Origin: Octopus sinensis
Taxonomy: Eukaryota
DNA length: 64,000 nt
NCBI RefSeq assembly: GCF_006345805.1
Contig: NC_043000.1
Location: 79,732,001-79,796,000 of the forward strand
Direction of reading: 5' to 3'
The position numbers and the translations under genes are program-made. This document shows, in pieces, positions 23,310 through 35,589 of the stretch; the first letter of the stretch is position 1; every line of letters starts with the position of its first letter. Under the pieces are notes generated by a model that did no database searches, was not told the origin of the DNA, and worked only from the letters and a program-made list of their open reading frames with translations.

Positions 23310-23872
23310 TCTGAACTGAACTACAAAAGAAAAGTCACACACATACTAAATAGAAACCGATTTACTATCAGACTGCCGTAACATTGATTGAAGAATGCTA
23401 ATTAAGAAACTGTTCTTTCCTAAAGATAAAACATCATTTCCTGAAACATATTTGATGTCACATGGTGTTGTGTGGTGACAGAGTGTTCTGGATCCAAAGA
23501 GATAAATTCAATATCTTGTGTGACCACCACTAGCATTGATTGCAGCTAGGTATCTTCTGTACACTGAATGTACCAAACGACTGATGAAGGTCATGGGGAT
23601 AGCACCCCACACTCTGTTAAAACTTGCAGTGAGTTGTGCCACAGTTGTTGGCCTTGGACAGATGTCATGTAGCCTTCTTGGGATTTTGTCCCCCAGGTGC
23701 TCTATGGGGTTCAACTCTGGACTTAGGGCAGGCCATGGCAGTGTCTGGATGTTGTGCTGTTGGAGGAAGTCTGTTGTCAACCTGGCAGTATGGGCACAGG
23801 TGTTGTCATGTTGGATGGGCAAAGTATGACACAATGTGAGGCCTCAACACTTGGTCAATCTATCGAGCAGCA
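23310..23872 (-). mobile_element. Tc1-like transposase C-terminal remnant
   Basis: QHDNTCAH...WPALSPELNPIEHL...GGHTRY (ORF 23508-23834). Confidence 0.88.
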
Positions 23873-23874
23873 GT

Positions 23875-25040
23875 TACTCCATTACCCTGCCTTTGGCTAA
23901 TGTTTTGGAAAACCACCGGTCCAAGTTTCTGGTTGAGTGCAATCTTGCCCCATACCATGATGCTCTGTCCTCCCCATGAGGTTCCTCTCCTTCTTCAAAC
24001 CCTAGCTCTGCCATCTGCCACAAAAATGCAATATCAACTTTCCTCAGAGGCGGCAGGAATTCATCTGTCATCATCCCCTCTGAGTGTTCCTCGATGAGAT
24101 CCTTAATGTCCCTATCGTCAACCTCAAGCCCATGGACAGGTGTCTCAGACTCAAACCCCTCAAAGTCTCTTTTGGAAAAGCAGAAAGGCCACAGTTTTCT
24201 CCTTGCAGAATTCATCTTTCTCCTCATTACACCGTGCCAGGCCATATTGATAATTTTCATACATTTTAAATGCTGTTGTGCACTTTCCAAAACTCCCAAA
24301 GGGTTAGATTTGTATTTTCGGTGATTCAAAACACAGACAAAACAGGTGTTTGGTGTACAATTTCTTATAATTAGCAATTACTTGTCAGTCCATGGGTTGC
24401 AAGATAGGTGTGGTGTTGCAGGAAAAAGTATTGAATTTTTATGGATTTAAATTCATCCAGGATATCATCTTCAAAGATAGGAGAGTTAGCAGGAGCATTG
24501 TCAAGGATGAGGAGGGTCTTGAGAGGAAGATCGTTCTTCAGAAGGTATTTTTTCACTGCTGGTCTGAAGATAAGGTTGACCCACTCAGTGAAGAATTGCC
24601 TGGTGACCCAGACTTTAACATTTTCCCTCCACCTGACCTGCAACTTCTCCTTCAGGATTTTGTGTGACTTGAATGCTCGTAGGTTTTTGGAATGGTAGAT
24701 AAGTAGTGGCTTAATCTTCAAATATCTACTAACATTGGCACAAAGGGCAAGAGTTAACTTATCTTTCATAGGCTTGTGGCTTGGCATTTTCTTCTCCTCT
24801 GCAGTTATACAGGTTCTTCTTTGCAGTTGCAATGGCCCTGATCCCATTCTTTTTTCTTCCGGATGGTGCAGATTATCGATGTGCTTTGGTTGTATTGACA
24901 TGCTATGTCCACTACATACACTCCTCTCTCATGTTTATCAATGATTTCCTTCTTCAATTCTATCATAATCAGCTTTTCTTTTTCTCAGCACTGTCCTTTG
25001 CACTAACCTTCTTAGCACCCATTATTAACACAACTAATTA
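23875..25040 (-). mobile_element. pogo/Tigger-like transposase remnant
   Basis: HKPMKDKLTLALCAN...KPLLIYHSKNLRAFK...LLILDNAPA (ORF 24371-24901), DFEGFE downstream. Confidence 0.88.
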
Positions 25041-25048
25041 TTATAAAA

Positions 25049-25412
25049 CTAGCATTATGACCTGGCAACGCCGGGTCATACTGCTAGTGCATGCATATAC
25101 AGCTGCATGCATGCACACATACACGTGAGTACTGTCCAAATCTCCGACCAATCACATACAGCTAGCAAGCTTTCAATTGGTGTATCAAGTATCGGGCATT
25201 TTGATTGGGTTTTGGATAGAAAATTCACAAAAAAGTCACTTCTATTGATTTTTTAATGGCTTTACGGGGTGACTGGAGAAATATAAAGATATGCATAACC
25301 ACCCTTGGATGGTTTTGAATGACCATAGAAAATGCGAGCCCTCTAACTGAAAAATTGTGGATTTTTATAAAGGACACACACACAGACATTTTGCTGTTTA
25401 TATATAGAGAGA
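25049..25412 (-). mobile_element. Non-autonomous Helitron, second subfamily
   Basis: ctagcattatgacctggcaacgccgggtcatactgctag end and TCTCTCTATATATAAA start on the minus strand. Confidence 0.75.
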
Positions 25413-25806
25413 TAATAGCAAAAAAAGCACAAAACTAAAAAAAGAAACACTGGGTAAAACACAATAGGGATGCTGCCACAATGAGATAAACACATGAACT
25501 AAGCAAGTAGAGGCTACACTTGTTGGGAGAGTGTGTGTGAGCTTAGTGCTGACTAGTGATTGTTTGTATGAAACTGGTTCATACTGCAGATTGCCACTCA
25601 TACTTCACGGCAAAAATTTGCATGCGCCTCAGCTCATACAACAAATTACTCATACTGCTAAGTTCTACTGTATATATATCTATGTATACATACATACATA
25701 CATACATACATACATACATACATACATACATACACACATATATATATATATATATACACACATATATGTATGTATGTACATATGTATGTACGTGTGTGTG
25801 TGTATG

Positions 25807-25848
<42 letters not shown>

Positions 25849-26052
25849 AGAAAGAGAGATTTGAGACAAGTTTAAGATGATTTTGAGATGTTAGGCCTCT
25901 TTTAATTAGCTCATGTCACATAGTACTAATGCTATGAAAGTGACACCAGTTAGTTTCCTTAGTTTTAACTCATGTGCTTGAACTGGATAAATACACATAT
26001 ATACAAATACACACATGAATGTACATACACACATACACTACACATATACATA

Positions 26053-26366
26053 CAGTGGCGAACTGGGTCTAAAAATATTGGTTGTCAGGAGACTAAGGGG
26101 GTCCACCTGCAACTGCAAGGGGTTCCACCCGCAACTATAATGCTATCATATAATTTTATTTTTTTGTTAAAAGTATTCTTTTCAACTGTTTACAAACACA
26201 GCCAGGTTGAAATAATTAATGCATTCTTCCAGGAGTGAATAAAAAATTCTCAAACTTGAGGAAATAGGTCCCTTAGATACTAACATGAGACCCCATATAT
26301 GGATTCTAATGGCACAGGGGTCCACTTGCCATTGGGCAATCTGGCAACCTAGCCAGTCCATAACTG
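26053..26366. mobile_element. hAT-like MITE
   Basis: TIRs cagtggcgaactgg / ccagtccataactg, 8-bp duplication tatacata (low-complexity context). Confidence 0.6.
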
Positions 26367-26675
26367 TATACATATATGTATATATGCATGAATATATGTT
26401 TCAATGAATGTGTGTATGTATGAATCTGTGCATGAGTCAGTTTGTATTTTTCCCTTGTATTCATATGTGTGTGTGCTGATTATGAATAAAAGCCTCACTG
26501 TTCATATAGATGATGTCATTTGTTTGCAGTCTACTGAGAAAGCATGTCCAGGCTGTTTGTTGTATGTTTGGAAATGAGGGAAAATTGACATCAGGAAGTG
26601 TATCCAGCTGAAAATCTGACTCAGCATATTTTTGTCTGAGCTATACAAGCATGGCAAAGTTATATATATATATAT

Positions 26676-27039
26676 AAACAATTGCAGCGTGGAAGATGTT
26701 TATAAGCCATTTAAGAAACACACAATATTTTCGTTGCTTTGAGACCATAACCTGTTCACTGACAAAATACCATGCTGCATCTCAAATATCTACTAAGATT
26801 GGTACAAAGGGCAAGAGTTAGCTTATCTTTCATGGAGATGCAGCACGGAATTTTGTCAGTGAATAGGTCGCGATCTCAAAGCGACGAAAATATTTTGGTA
26901 AATTAAAGTTAAATGTTGAAGTGAATCTAACGGCATTTATGTGTTTCTTAAATGGCTTATAAACACCTTCCATGCTGCAATTGTTTTCGTTCCAGCACAC
27001 GATCTCAGATCAGGTCACTTGCTATGCAAGTACATCTCC

Positions 27040-27040
<1 letters not shown>
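26676..27040. repeat. Inverted-repeat (Penelope-type) element with a captured 52-nt spacer
   Basis: Arms 26676-26783 and 26835-26986; spacer matches 24718-24769. Confidence 0.85.
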
Positions 27041-27084
<44 letters not shown>

Positions 27085-27090
27085 TATATA

Positions 27091-27128
<38 letters not shown>

Positions 27129-27136
27129 TATATATG

Positions 27137-27241
<105 letters not shown>

Positions 27242-28222
27242 ATATATATATGAATGTATGTATGTATGTATGTTTGTGTGTGTGTGTAAACTAGCTATCA
27301 TATGAGGCTGCTGTTAAATCACTAAAATGTTGACTCCATTTACTTTAGTTAACTTCATCTTGATAATAGCATGTGACCATGACAACATCAACTAATGAAC
27401 ATGTTTCCATGATAACATGATCTCTGTAGAGGTTTGAATTCCACAATTAATTTACAACAAGTCTAGTTGCATGTTCTTATCTAGAATTCATTAATTTCAG
27501 TCTGTCCAGTGTGTTAGCAGACTTATGGTGATACACTCTCAATATGAATCAACAACAACAACATGGTTGAAACTCCCAAAGCCATCTGCAAATGCTTTCT
27601 GATTATACTCGCCTACATGGGCTTTCATAATGCTGTCCCATACACTCTATTGTAATCTGTTCTCATGGTGACCCCACAAATATAACATTGACAAAAGTGC
27701 TTCAGAAGAAGTAGATTTTCTTCAATACTTCACTCACAGTTAGTTGCTGACTCTCTATCAGAGCTAGATTGAAAGTGATATAAAGCTTGGTGTCACTTGT
27801 TACAAAAAGCATTACACAAGAAGATTTAAAGAAAATTAGAAATTATTTTGATGCCAGTGCAGATTTCAAGGCCTTAAGCTGTAATTTGTTTTTCTTTTGC
27901 CAACAACTGTTAGTGCCCTCTGTAATGCCCATGTAAGATTAACTTTAAGAGTACTCCCCAAATATCTGGGCAGTGCTACAGCTGTTACAAACGTATTAAA
28001 TAATAACTAAAACAATGCCATTTGATTGATTGCCAAAGAAACAACAATAGACCCCCAGACACATGTTATCTCCTCTCTGCCACTTTCACCACTACTACTA
28101 CAATAGTTGTTACTCATCTGACACAGCAAACTACATACTGGCTCTACTCACATCCACTCAATATCTCTCCTCCTTCTATCATCTGCATTACTATATCATC
28201 CTTCGACTCTCAGATTTCATGC

Positions 28223-28497
28223 TATGAGGGTGGACTGAAAAGTTCATAGACTATGAAGGAATGATGCTAGAGCTGTGAAATCTTGCATCCATTAATTTCA
28301 ACTATTCTTATTAATAACTGCATTGTTTCTTTGCAGGTAAACTGACATCCGACTGTTCAAAGAAAACTTCAAAAGTAACTAGTTGTGACTTCTCTTGAAA
28401 ACTAACAAAATTTGGCATTGGGGTGTTATCAAGTACCTTCAGAAAAAGTGTTTAATCCCCAAGAGTATTCACACTGACATGGTTGTTACATTAGGGA
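28223..28497 (+). mobile_element. Mariner 5' fragment
   Basis: TA|TGAGGGTGGACTGAAAAGTTC terminus and VIKYLQKK.L.PK.IH.DMV.TLG. Confidence 0.65.
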
Positions 28498-28749
28498 GTG
28501 ACAATATACCCCTGTCAAATTCGTCTCCTCCTCACCACCTCTAGTTTCTACTCTCCTTTCAAAATCCTGCGAACTCACCCACCAACCCACCCTCTCCAAT
28601 CTCCAGCCCACTTCTCTATATACACCACCCTCACCATCTTGCTCTCCTTGCTCTCTTCTCTATCTGAGAAAGCCATGTCTCTCTTCTAATGCAAGACACT
28701 TTTTCTGTCCCACAAAACTACTCCCTATATTTGAGGGGTCTTGTTCTGC

Positions 28750-28955
28750 AAGTTACGTGGTGACGTCACTGCTGCTGGTGCCACATAAAAAAAAACACCC
28801 TGTACACTTTGTAAAGTGGTTGACAATTGGAAGAACGTCCAACTGTAGAAACTATGCTAAAACAGACAGCAGGGCTTGGTGTAGTCCTCTGACTTGCCTT
28901 TCCTGTCAAACTGTCCTACTCATCCCAGCATGCAAAACTGACATTAAATGATGAT
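28750..28955 (+). mobile_element. Degraded RTE 3'-terminal fragment
   Basis: Diverged match to 31600-31794. Confidence 0.7.
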
Positions 28956-29034
28956 CACGACATTTATAGCGGAAGGGAAGCAAGGGAGCAGGCAGAAAGT
29001 AAGTAAGATATGGGTATATATATGTATATATATG

Positions 29035-29089
<55 letters not shown>

Positions 29090-29345
29090 GAAAACCAAGA
29101 GGAGAGTGGAGATTTATTCACATCCAAAACTTTTTATTAAAAAAGTTTTCTACAGCATATATAACAATGACCAACATATGTTTCATTGCAGCAACTACAT
29201 ATTGCTCCATATACAATTATGCATCCTAGTCACTGTAATTTTATTAAGGCTTCATCACTTACAATGTTTTCAAACAAGCTTCCTCATGATTATGAGCCTG
29301 ATGCTTTAACCACTGAGCCATGCAGCTTTACCATATATATATATT

Positions 29346-31794
29346 GCAAGACAGTGTGTGAGAGAGAATCGTGATGTGGTAGGAGAGAAATGTGTCCGCA
29401 TGGATGATGGTTCACTTGCGCTAAATGAGGATGCAAAGAGAGAGGTTTGGAGATGCCACTATGAAAGGTTGCTGAATAAAGAAAATGAATGGGATAAAGA
29501 GAGTCTGCCGAATGTCAACCCAACAGAGGGACCAGCCATCCGAGTTGACAATTCTTTGGTAGTTAAGGCAATTAGAAGCATGAAGACAGGGAAAGACCCA
29601 GGCCCATCAGGAATTACTGCAGAGATGCTCAAAATATCTGGCCGTGTCGGCTATAACCTAGTCACCCGTATAGTTAACGAGGTGATACACGAAGGAGTCA
29701 TACCCAATGACTGGTGTAGCTGCATAATAGTCAACTGCTACAAAGGTAAAGGAGACGCCCTAGATCCAAATAATTACAGAGGTATCAAGCTGTTGGATCA
29801 GGTGATGAAGGTTACAGAGAGGGTCATAGCCCAACTGATTAAGGAAAGAGTCAGCTTGGATGAGATGCAGTTTGGTTTCATGCCAGGGAAAAGCACCACT
29901 GATTCCATATTTTTGGTGAGACAGCTGCAGGAGGAATACCTAGCCAAAGATAAGCCCCTGTACCTGGCTTTCGTTGACATGGAGAAAGCCTTTGACAGGG
30001 TCCCCCGATCCCTTATCTGGTGGTCAATGAGGAAACTAGGGATAGATGAATGGCCGGTGAGAGCTGTGCAAGCCATGTACAGGGATGCCGTAAGTAAGGT
30101 TAGGGTTGGCAACATGTACACAGAAGAATTCAAAGTAGAGGTTGGGGTCCACCAGGGTTCAGTCCTCAGCCCCCTCCTATTTATCATAGTCCTCCAGGCA
30201 ATTACAGAGGAATTCAAGACAGGTTGCCCCTGGGAGCTCCTCTATGCTGACGACCTTGCTCTAATTGCTGAGTCACTATCAGAACTGGAGGAGAAGTTCC
30301 AGGTGTGGAAGGAGGGATTAGAATCGAGGGGCCTTAGAGTCAACCTAGCTACAACCAAAGTACTAATAAGTAGAAAGGTAGACAAACCACAAATATCTTC
30401 AGGAAGATGGCCCTGCTCGATCTGTAGAAAAGGTGTAGGTAGAAACTCTATAAGATGTACACAGTGTAAGCTATGGACACATAAGAGGTGCAGCAATGTC
30501 AAAGGAAGGCTAACTGGGAAGATAGTTTTTGTATGTGGCAGATGCTCAGGAGCAATAAACTCTAAAAATCTGCAGAAAACAACTTCCGTTACTTTCCAGG
30601 GGGAAAAACTAGAAGTAGTTGATAGCTTCCATTATCTAGGTGACCAAGTCAGTAGTGGGGTGGGGGGTTGCACCGAAAGTGTAACTGCTAGAGTAAGAAT
30701 AGCCTGGGCAAAGTTCAGGGAGCTCTTACCTCTGCTCATGACTAAAGGCCTCTCTCTCAGAGTAAAAGGCAGACTGTATGATGCATATGTACGAACAGCC
30801 ATGCTACATGGCAGTGAAACATGGGCCGTGACTGCTGAGGACATGCGTAAGCTCACGAGGAATGAAGCCAGTATGCTCCGATGGATGTGTAATGTCAGTG
30901 TGCATACTCGACAGAGCGTTAGTACCTTGAGAGAAATGTTGGACCTAAGAAGCATCAGTTGTGGTGTGCAAGAGAGACGATTGCGCTGGTATGGTCATGT
31001 GGCGAGAATGGAGGAAGATAGGTGTGTGAAAAAGTGCCAATCCCTAGCAGTTGAGGGAACCCGTGGAAGAGGTAAACCCAGGAAAACCTGGGACGAAGTG
31101 GTGAAGCACGACCTTCGAACTTTAGGCCTCACTGAGGAAATAACCAGTAATCAAGACCTTTGGAAATATGCTGTGCGTGAGAAGACCCGGCAGGACAAGT
31201 GAGTCCAGCCCACTTATGCATGCCTTTCCTCCCATGGACACACAAAGACCTGTTGAGGCAAGCGAAGTCGATATTGAACCTCATCCAATGACAGGCATCC
31301 ATGCCTACCCCCCTTTGCTTGCGAAGACCTGTTGGGGCAAGTGAAATCGAAATCGGAATCAAAATTGAACCAATCCTATGACTGGCACTCGGCAGATGCC
31401 AGGACCCCTGGACTGGTGGTACGTAAAAAGCACTATCCGAATCATGGCTGATGCCAGCGCCGCCTCGACTGGCTTCCGTGCCGGTGGCACGTAAAAAGCA
31501 CCATCCGAATTGTGGCTGATGCCAGTGCCGCCTCGACTGGCTTCTGTGCCGGTGGCACGTAAAATGCACCAATCCGTCCGTGGCCGTTGCCAGCCTCGCC
31601 TGGCACCTGTGCAGGTGGCACGTAAAAAGCACCCACTACACTCATGGAGTGGTTGGCGTTAGGAAGGGCATCCAGCTGTAGAAACACTGCCAGATAAGAC
31701 TGGAGCCTGGTGCAGCCTTCTGGCTTCCCAGATCCCCGGTCGAACCGTTCAACCCATGCTAGCATGGAGAACGGACGTTAAACGATGATGATGA
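29346..31794 (+). mobile_element. 5'-truncated RTE LINE with intact RT frame, repeat-rich 3' UTR and (GAT)n tail, inserted in (TA)n
   Basis: ORF 29358-31202, ~65-bp tandem units at 31415-31635, tail ggacgttaaac(gat)n. Confidence 0.95.
29358..31202 (+). CDS. RTE-clade reverse transcriptase (614 aa, no APE domain) with embedded PHD-like finger
   Basis: NYRGIKLL, QFGF, FVDMEKAFDRV, GVHQGSVLSPLLF, LLYADDL, FHYLG, RLRWYGHV; no internal stops. Confidence 0.92.
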   Translation: MRENRDVVGEKCVRMDDGSLALNEDAKREVWRCHYERLLNKENEWDKESLPNVNPTEGPAIRVDNSLVVKAIRSMKTGKDPGPSGITAEMLKISGRVGYNLVTRIVNEVIHEGVIPNDWCSCIIVNCYKGKGDALDPNNYRGIKLLDQVMKVTERVIAQLIKERVSLDEMQFGFMPGKSTTDSIFLVRQLQEEYLAKDKPLYLAFVDMEKAFDRVPRSLIWWSMRKLGIDEWPVRAVQAMYRDAVSKVRVGNMYTEEFKVEVGVHQGSVLSPLLFIIVLQAITEEFKTGCPWELLYADDLALIAESLSELEEKFQVWKEGLESRGLRVNLATTKVLISRKVDKPQISSGRWPCSICRKGVGRNSIRCTQCKLWTHKRCSNVKGRLTGKIVFVCGRCSGAINSKNLQKTTSVTFQGEKLEVVDSFHYLGDQVSSGVGGCTESVTARVRIAWAKFRELLPLLMTKGLSLRVKGRLYDAYVRTAMLHGSETWAVTAEDMRKLTRNEASMLRWMCNVSVHTRQSVSTLREMLDLRSISCGVQERRLRWYGHVARMEEDRCVKKCQSLAVEGTRGRGKPRKTWDEVVKHDLRTLGLTEEITSNQDLWKYAVREKTRQDK

Positions 31795-31891
31795 TATATA
31801 TATATATATATGTACACACACACATATATATATATGTATGTATGTATGCATGCATGCGTGTATGTATGTATGTATGTACATATATATATAT

Positions 31892-32235
31892 GGTGAAGCT
31901 GCATGGCTCAGTAGTTAGAGCATCAGGCTCACAATCATGAGGTAGTGATTTCAATTCCTGGACCAGATTGTGTGTTGTGTTGTTAAGCAGACACTTTATT
32001 TCATGTTGCTCCAGTTCACTCAACTATAGAAATGGTTTGTGACATCACTGGTGCCAAGCTGTATCAGCTATTGCCTTTCCTTTGGATAACATCAGTGGCA
32101 CGGAGAAGGGAGGCTGGTATGCATGGGTGACTGCTGGTCTTCCATAAACAATCTTGCCTGGACTTGTGTCTTGTAGGGGAACTTTCTAGGTGCAATCCCA
32201 TAGTCATTCATGACTGCAGGGGGTCTTTACCCTTT
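31892..32235 (+). mobile_element. tRNA-derived SINE family D
   Basis: tggctcagtagttagagc...gatttcaattcc A/B boxes; head also present inverted at 29278-29333. Confidence 0.75.
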
Positions 32236-32264
32236 TATCTTACACGCACACACATATATGTATG

Positions 32265-33567
32265 TATAGTATAGGACTATCAGTAAGTTGCCATAATAGG
32301 ACTCAAAATTTCAGATGCCGGTGCTAAGAGCTATGATGAAATTTCGTTGGATATTTTGATAATAGATGCTATAAAAAAAAAAAACGTTATAGGCGCAGGA
32401 GTGGCTGTGTGGTAAGTAGCTTGTTTACCAACTACATAGTTCCGGGTTCAGTCCCTCTGCGTGACACCTTGGGCAAGTGTCTTCTACTATAGCCTCGGGT
32501 TGACCAAAGCCTTGTGAGTGGATTTGGTAGATGGAAACTGAAAGAAGCCCATCGTATATATGTATACATATATATATATATGCGTGTGTGTGTTTGTGTG
32601 TCTGTGTTTGTCCCCCTAGCATTGCTTGACAACCGATGCTGGTGTGTTTATGTTCCCGTTACTTAGCGGTTCGGCAAAAGAGACCGATAGAATAAGTACT
32701 AGGCTTACAAAAGAATAAGTCCCGGGGTCGAGTTGCTCGATTAAAGGCGGTGCTCCAGCAAGGCTGCAGTCAAATGACTGAAACAAGTAAAAGAGTAAAG
32801 AGTAAGAGTTGAATAAAAGGGAAGTTACTCTAATAGACAGGAAAAATTATAAAAGATAAAAAATTTTAAATTTAAAAAATTACGAAAAATACATGCAACC
32901 ATATTCTCATCATACATATAAGACCTTCTGTGTTTGTAAAGTCTACATATGTACACACTCACACAAGCATGTATATATATATGCCCATACACACACAAAA
33001 CATATACATGCATTTACGTGCTCATATACACATCTCTACATGCACACACACATGCACATATACATATACATACACATATATGTATAAATATACACACATA
33101 CATACATATATATGTACACAACTCCATCATATACACATAGATATATGCTTACAAATATATTAGACATTTATCCATATAAAATATACTCACACATATACAC
33201 AAGCACATACATATATACATACTTGTACAGGCATGTATTCACACTCACTTCATATATAAGTATACATATATGTACATATGTATACAGATATACACTTACA
33301 TACATATACACCCTCCTATCAACACATCCTTTCAGGGTTGATTAAATAAGTACCAGTTATGCACTGGGGTTGATGTAATCGACTTAATCCCTTAGTGTGT
33401 CCTTGTTTGTCTTCTCTATGTGTAGCCCTTTGTGGGCAATAAAGAAATAGATATACTTACATACACATGAAGACATATATACACATGCACACACATACAC
33501 ATTTAGTATATGCATACATATACATATACAATCACACAATTAAAAAAGGAAAAAAATAAAAAATACA

Positions 33568-33606
<39 letters not shown>

Positions 33607-34169
33607 CAATAAAAAATGTTAAGACTTATGGAAGGCTTGTACGAGAACATAATAAAAAAGCAGGTTCTATGCGTGACCTTGGGGGGCCCAAAACCATAAT
33701 AAGTATTTTTTTCATATATGGACATGATCCAAAAAGTTCAGTTCTGGAATTTAGACATGTAGCGAGGTCTAAGGAATTTTTCCAGATGAACCATCTTTCC
33801 ATATCACAAAGACCACACTTACCACTGCCATTGGTTTAAGGTTTACACTTGGCCAAGATCTCCCAGTAAATATTATAGCTGATACCTTGTTCTTTCAAGA
33901 ATCATATGCATGTATGTAGATTTTACGAATGCAGGTTTTATATGTATTGTGAGAATATGGTTACATGTATTTTTTATAATTTTTATTTTTTATTTTACAT
34001 GTTTTATAATTTTTCCTGTCTATTAGAGTAACTTCCCTTTTATTCAACGGTTTTTTTTTTCATAGCGTCTATTGTTAAAATAGCTGATGAAAATGCATCA
34101 TAGCTCTTAGCTCTGGCATTTGAAACTCTGAGTCCTATTATGACAACTTATTGATTGTCCTATACTATA
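32265..34169. mobile_element. Long-TIR non-autonomous DNA transposon with nested SINEs
   Basis: Termini tatagtataggac / gtcctatactata; left TIR 32265-32388 plus 32808-32950 is the inverse of about 33910-34169. Confidence 0.8.
32392..32807 (+). mobile_element. SINE family B, well preserved, inserted in the left TIR
   Basis: Full head, ccttgggcaagtg core and gtaaaagagtaaagag tail; interrupts the TIR. Confidence 0.9.
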
Positions 34170-34256
34170 CATATATAAATTCCTCTATTTACCTAATATC
34201 GAGGTCTCATTCTTTTGTTGTCATTTTATTATTATTAATATATATATATATATATA

Positions 34257-34580
34257 ACGGGAAGCTTTATGAAAATAGACAAAAGACGAAGGCAGGTTTA
34301 CGGAAATAAACAAAAGATGAAGGCAGGTGGAATACAAACAAACAATTGTATTAGTATGGCACTCAGGAAATATAAATAAAACAAGTCTTTAACGTTTCGA
34401 GCCTACGCTCTGCAACAGAAAGATACACAGAGAAAAAACACAGAAAGAAGGAGAGAAAAAAATATGCGTGCAGAGGCTAGTGAATCAACATGGCGATCTG
34501 ATTTCGGCCAGAAGTCAAACGTGAGACGCAAGAGCGAAATTAGGGGAGATAATAGGGTTAAATGACCTCGCTCCAACATA
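34257..34580 (-). mobile_element. Short Penelope pLTR-like element with hammerhead-like motif
   Basis: Homologous to 23087-23277; motif at 34385-34423; adjacent (TA)n. Confidence 0.6.
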
Positions 34581-35589
34581 AGAGTGTGTGTGTGTGTGTA
34601 TGAGAAGAGTGTGTGTGTGTGTATGAGAGAGTATTAGTGCGTATGAGAGGTCTGGACGTGTGTATGTATATATGATGTGATGTGTAAAGTTGTATGGTGT
34701 AGTGTAGAGAGAGGAGATGAGGGAAGAGGGGGGGGTAAGAGGGGTGAGGGGGAGGGGAGGGGGAGAAAGAAAGGGGAGAAGAGGAGGGGGAAGGGGGGAA
34801 GGAAGGAGAGGAGAAGAGCAGGGGAGAGAAGGGGGAGAAGGAAGGAGAGGATATGCACTTATAGAAGTTTACATATATACAATATGAGTGTGTTTGTGTG
34901 AAGAAGGTTAAAAAATGTGATGGTACCAATGATACAAAATAAGTTATACACCATTAATAGTTACATCTCTTATTTTTCTTAACTATTATCCATATTGAAG
35001 CAATGGAGTTTGGCATTGTAAGGCTAGCTATTTTCACAGCTGAAAATACTGAATATAAACAGAACATAACATAATGTGCACATAATTTATCAATATTTAA
35101 TCTGCAAAGAAAGGAACAAAAATACTAACAAAGCAAAGATAACTCATGTTGAGTCTGGAGGTTATCTAGAAGGCAGGAATTAGAATTTCACAAAGACACA
35201 GAGACAAGAATCTATTGAATTACTTTGTTATTTTGCTGAGATGGAGATAATAAATGCAGTACATCTGAGTGAATCAGTCATTAAAATACAGTAGAAACCT
35301 CATTGGTTCTAGAGTGTTAATTAAATACAGAACGTTGTTAATGTTTTATTTTATATAAGATTTACTGAAATTATAGTGGATATGGAAAAGGCTTGAGAAG
35401 ATAAAACAGAAAATATTATGAATGCTGTTTTTTTTTTGATTCATTCAGTTTATGGAAATGGTAGATTCTGTTTATATTTTGATTTCAGTGAAATATCTAT
35501 GTATTTTTTTTTTGTGTTAATGACTTCATCTCTTTGGAAAATTAATAAAAAAAAAAGAATGATAATGAAGACTACAATGACGATGGTAA

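Noticed and set aside
31415-31635. Regularly spaced gtggcacgtaaaaagcac repeats resembling a CRISPR array
   Set aside because: Spacers are homologous to each other, it is an RTE 3' UTR minisatellite in eukaryotic DNA, and there are no cas genes
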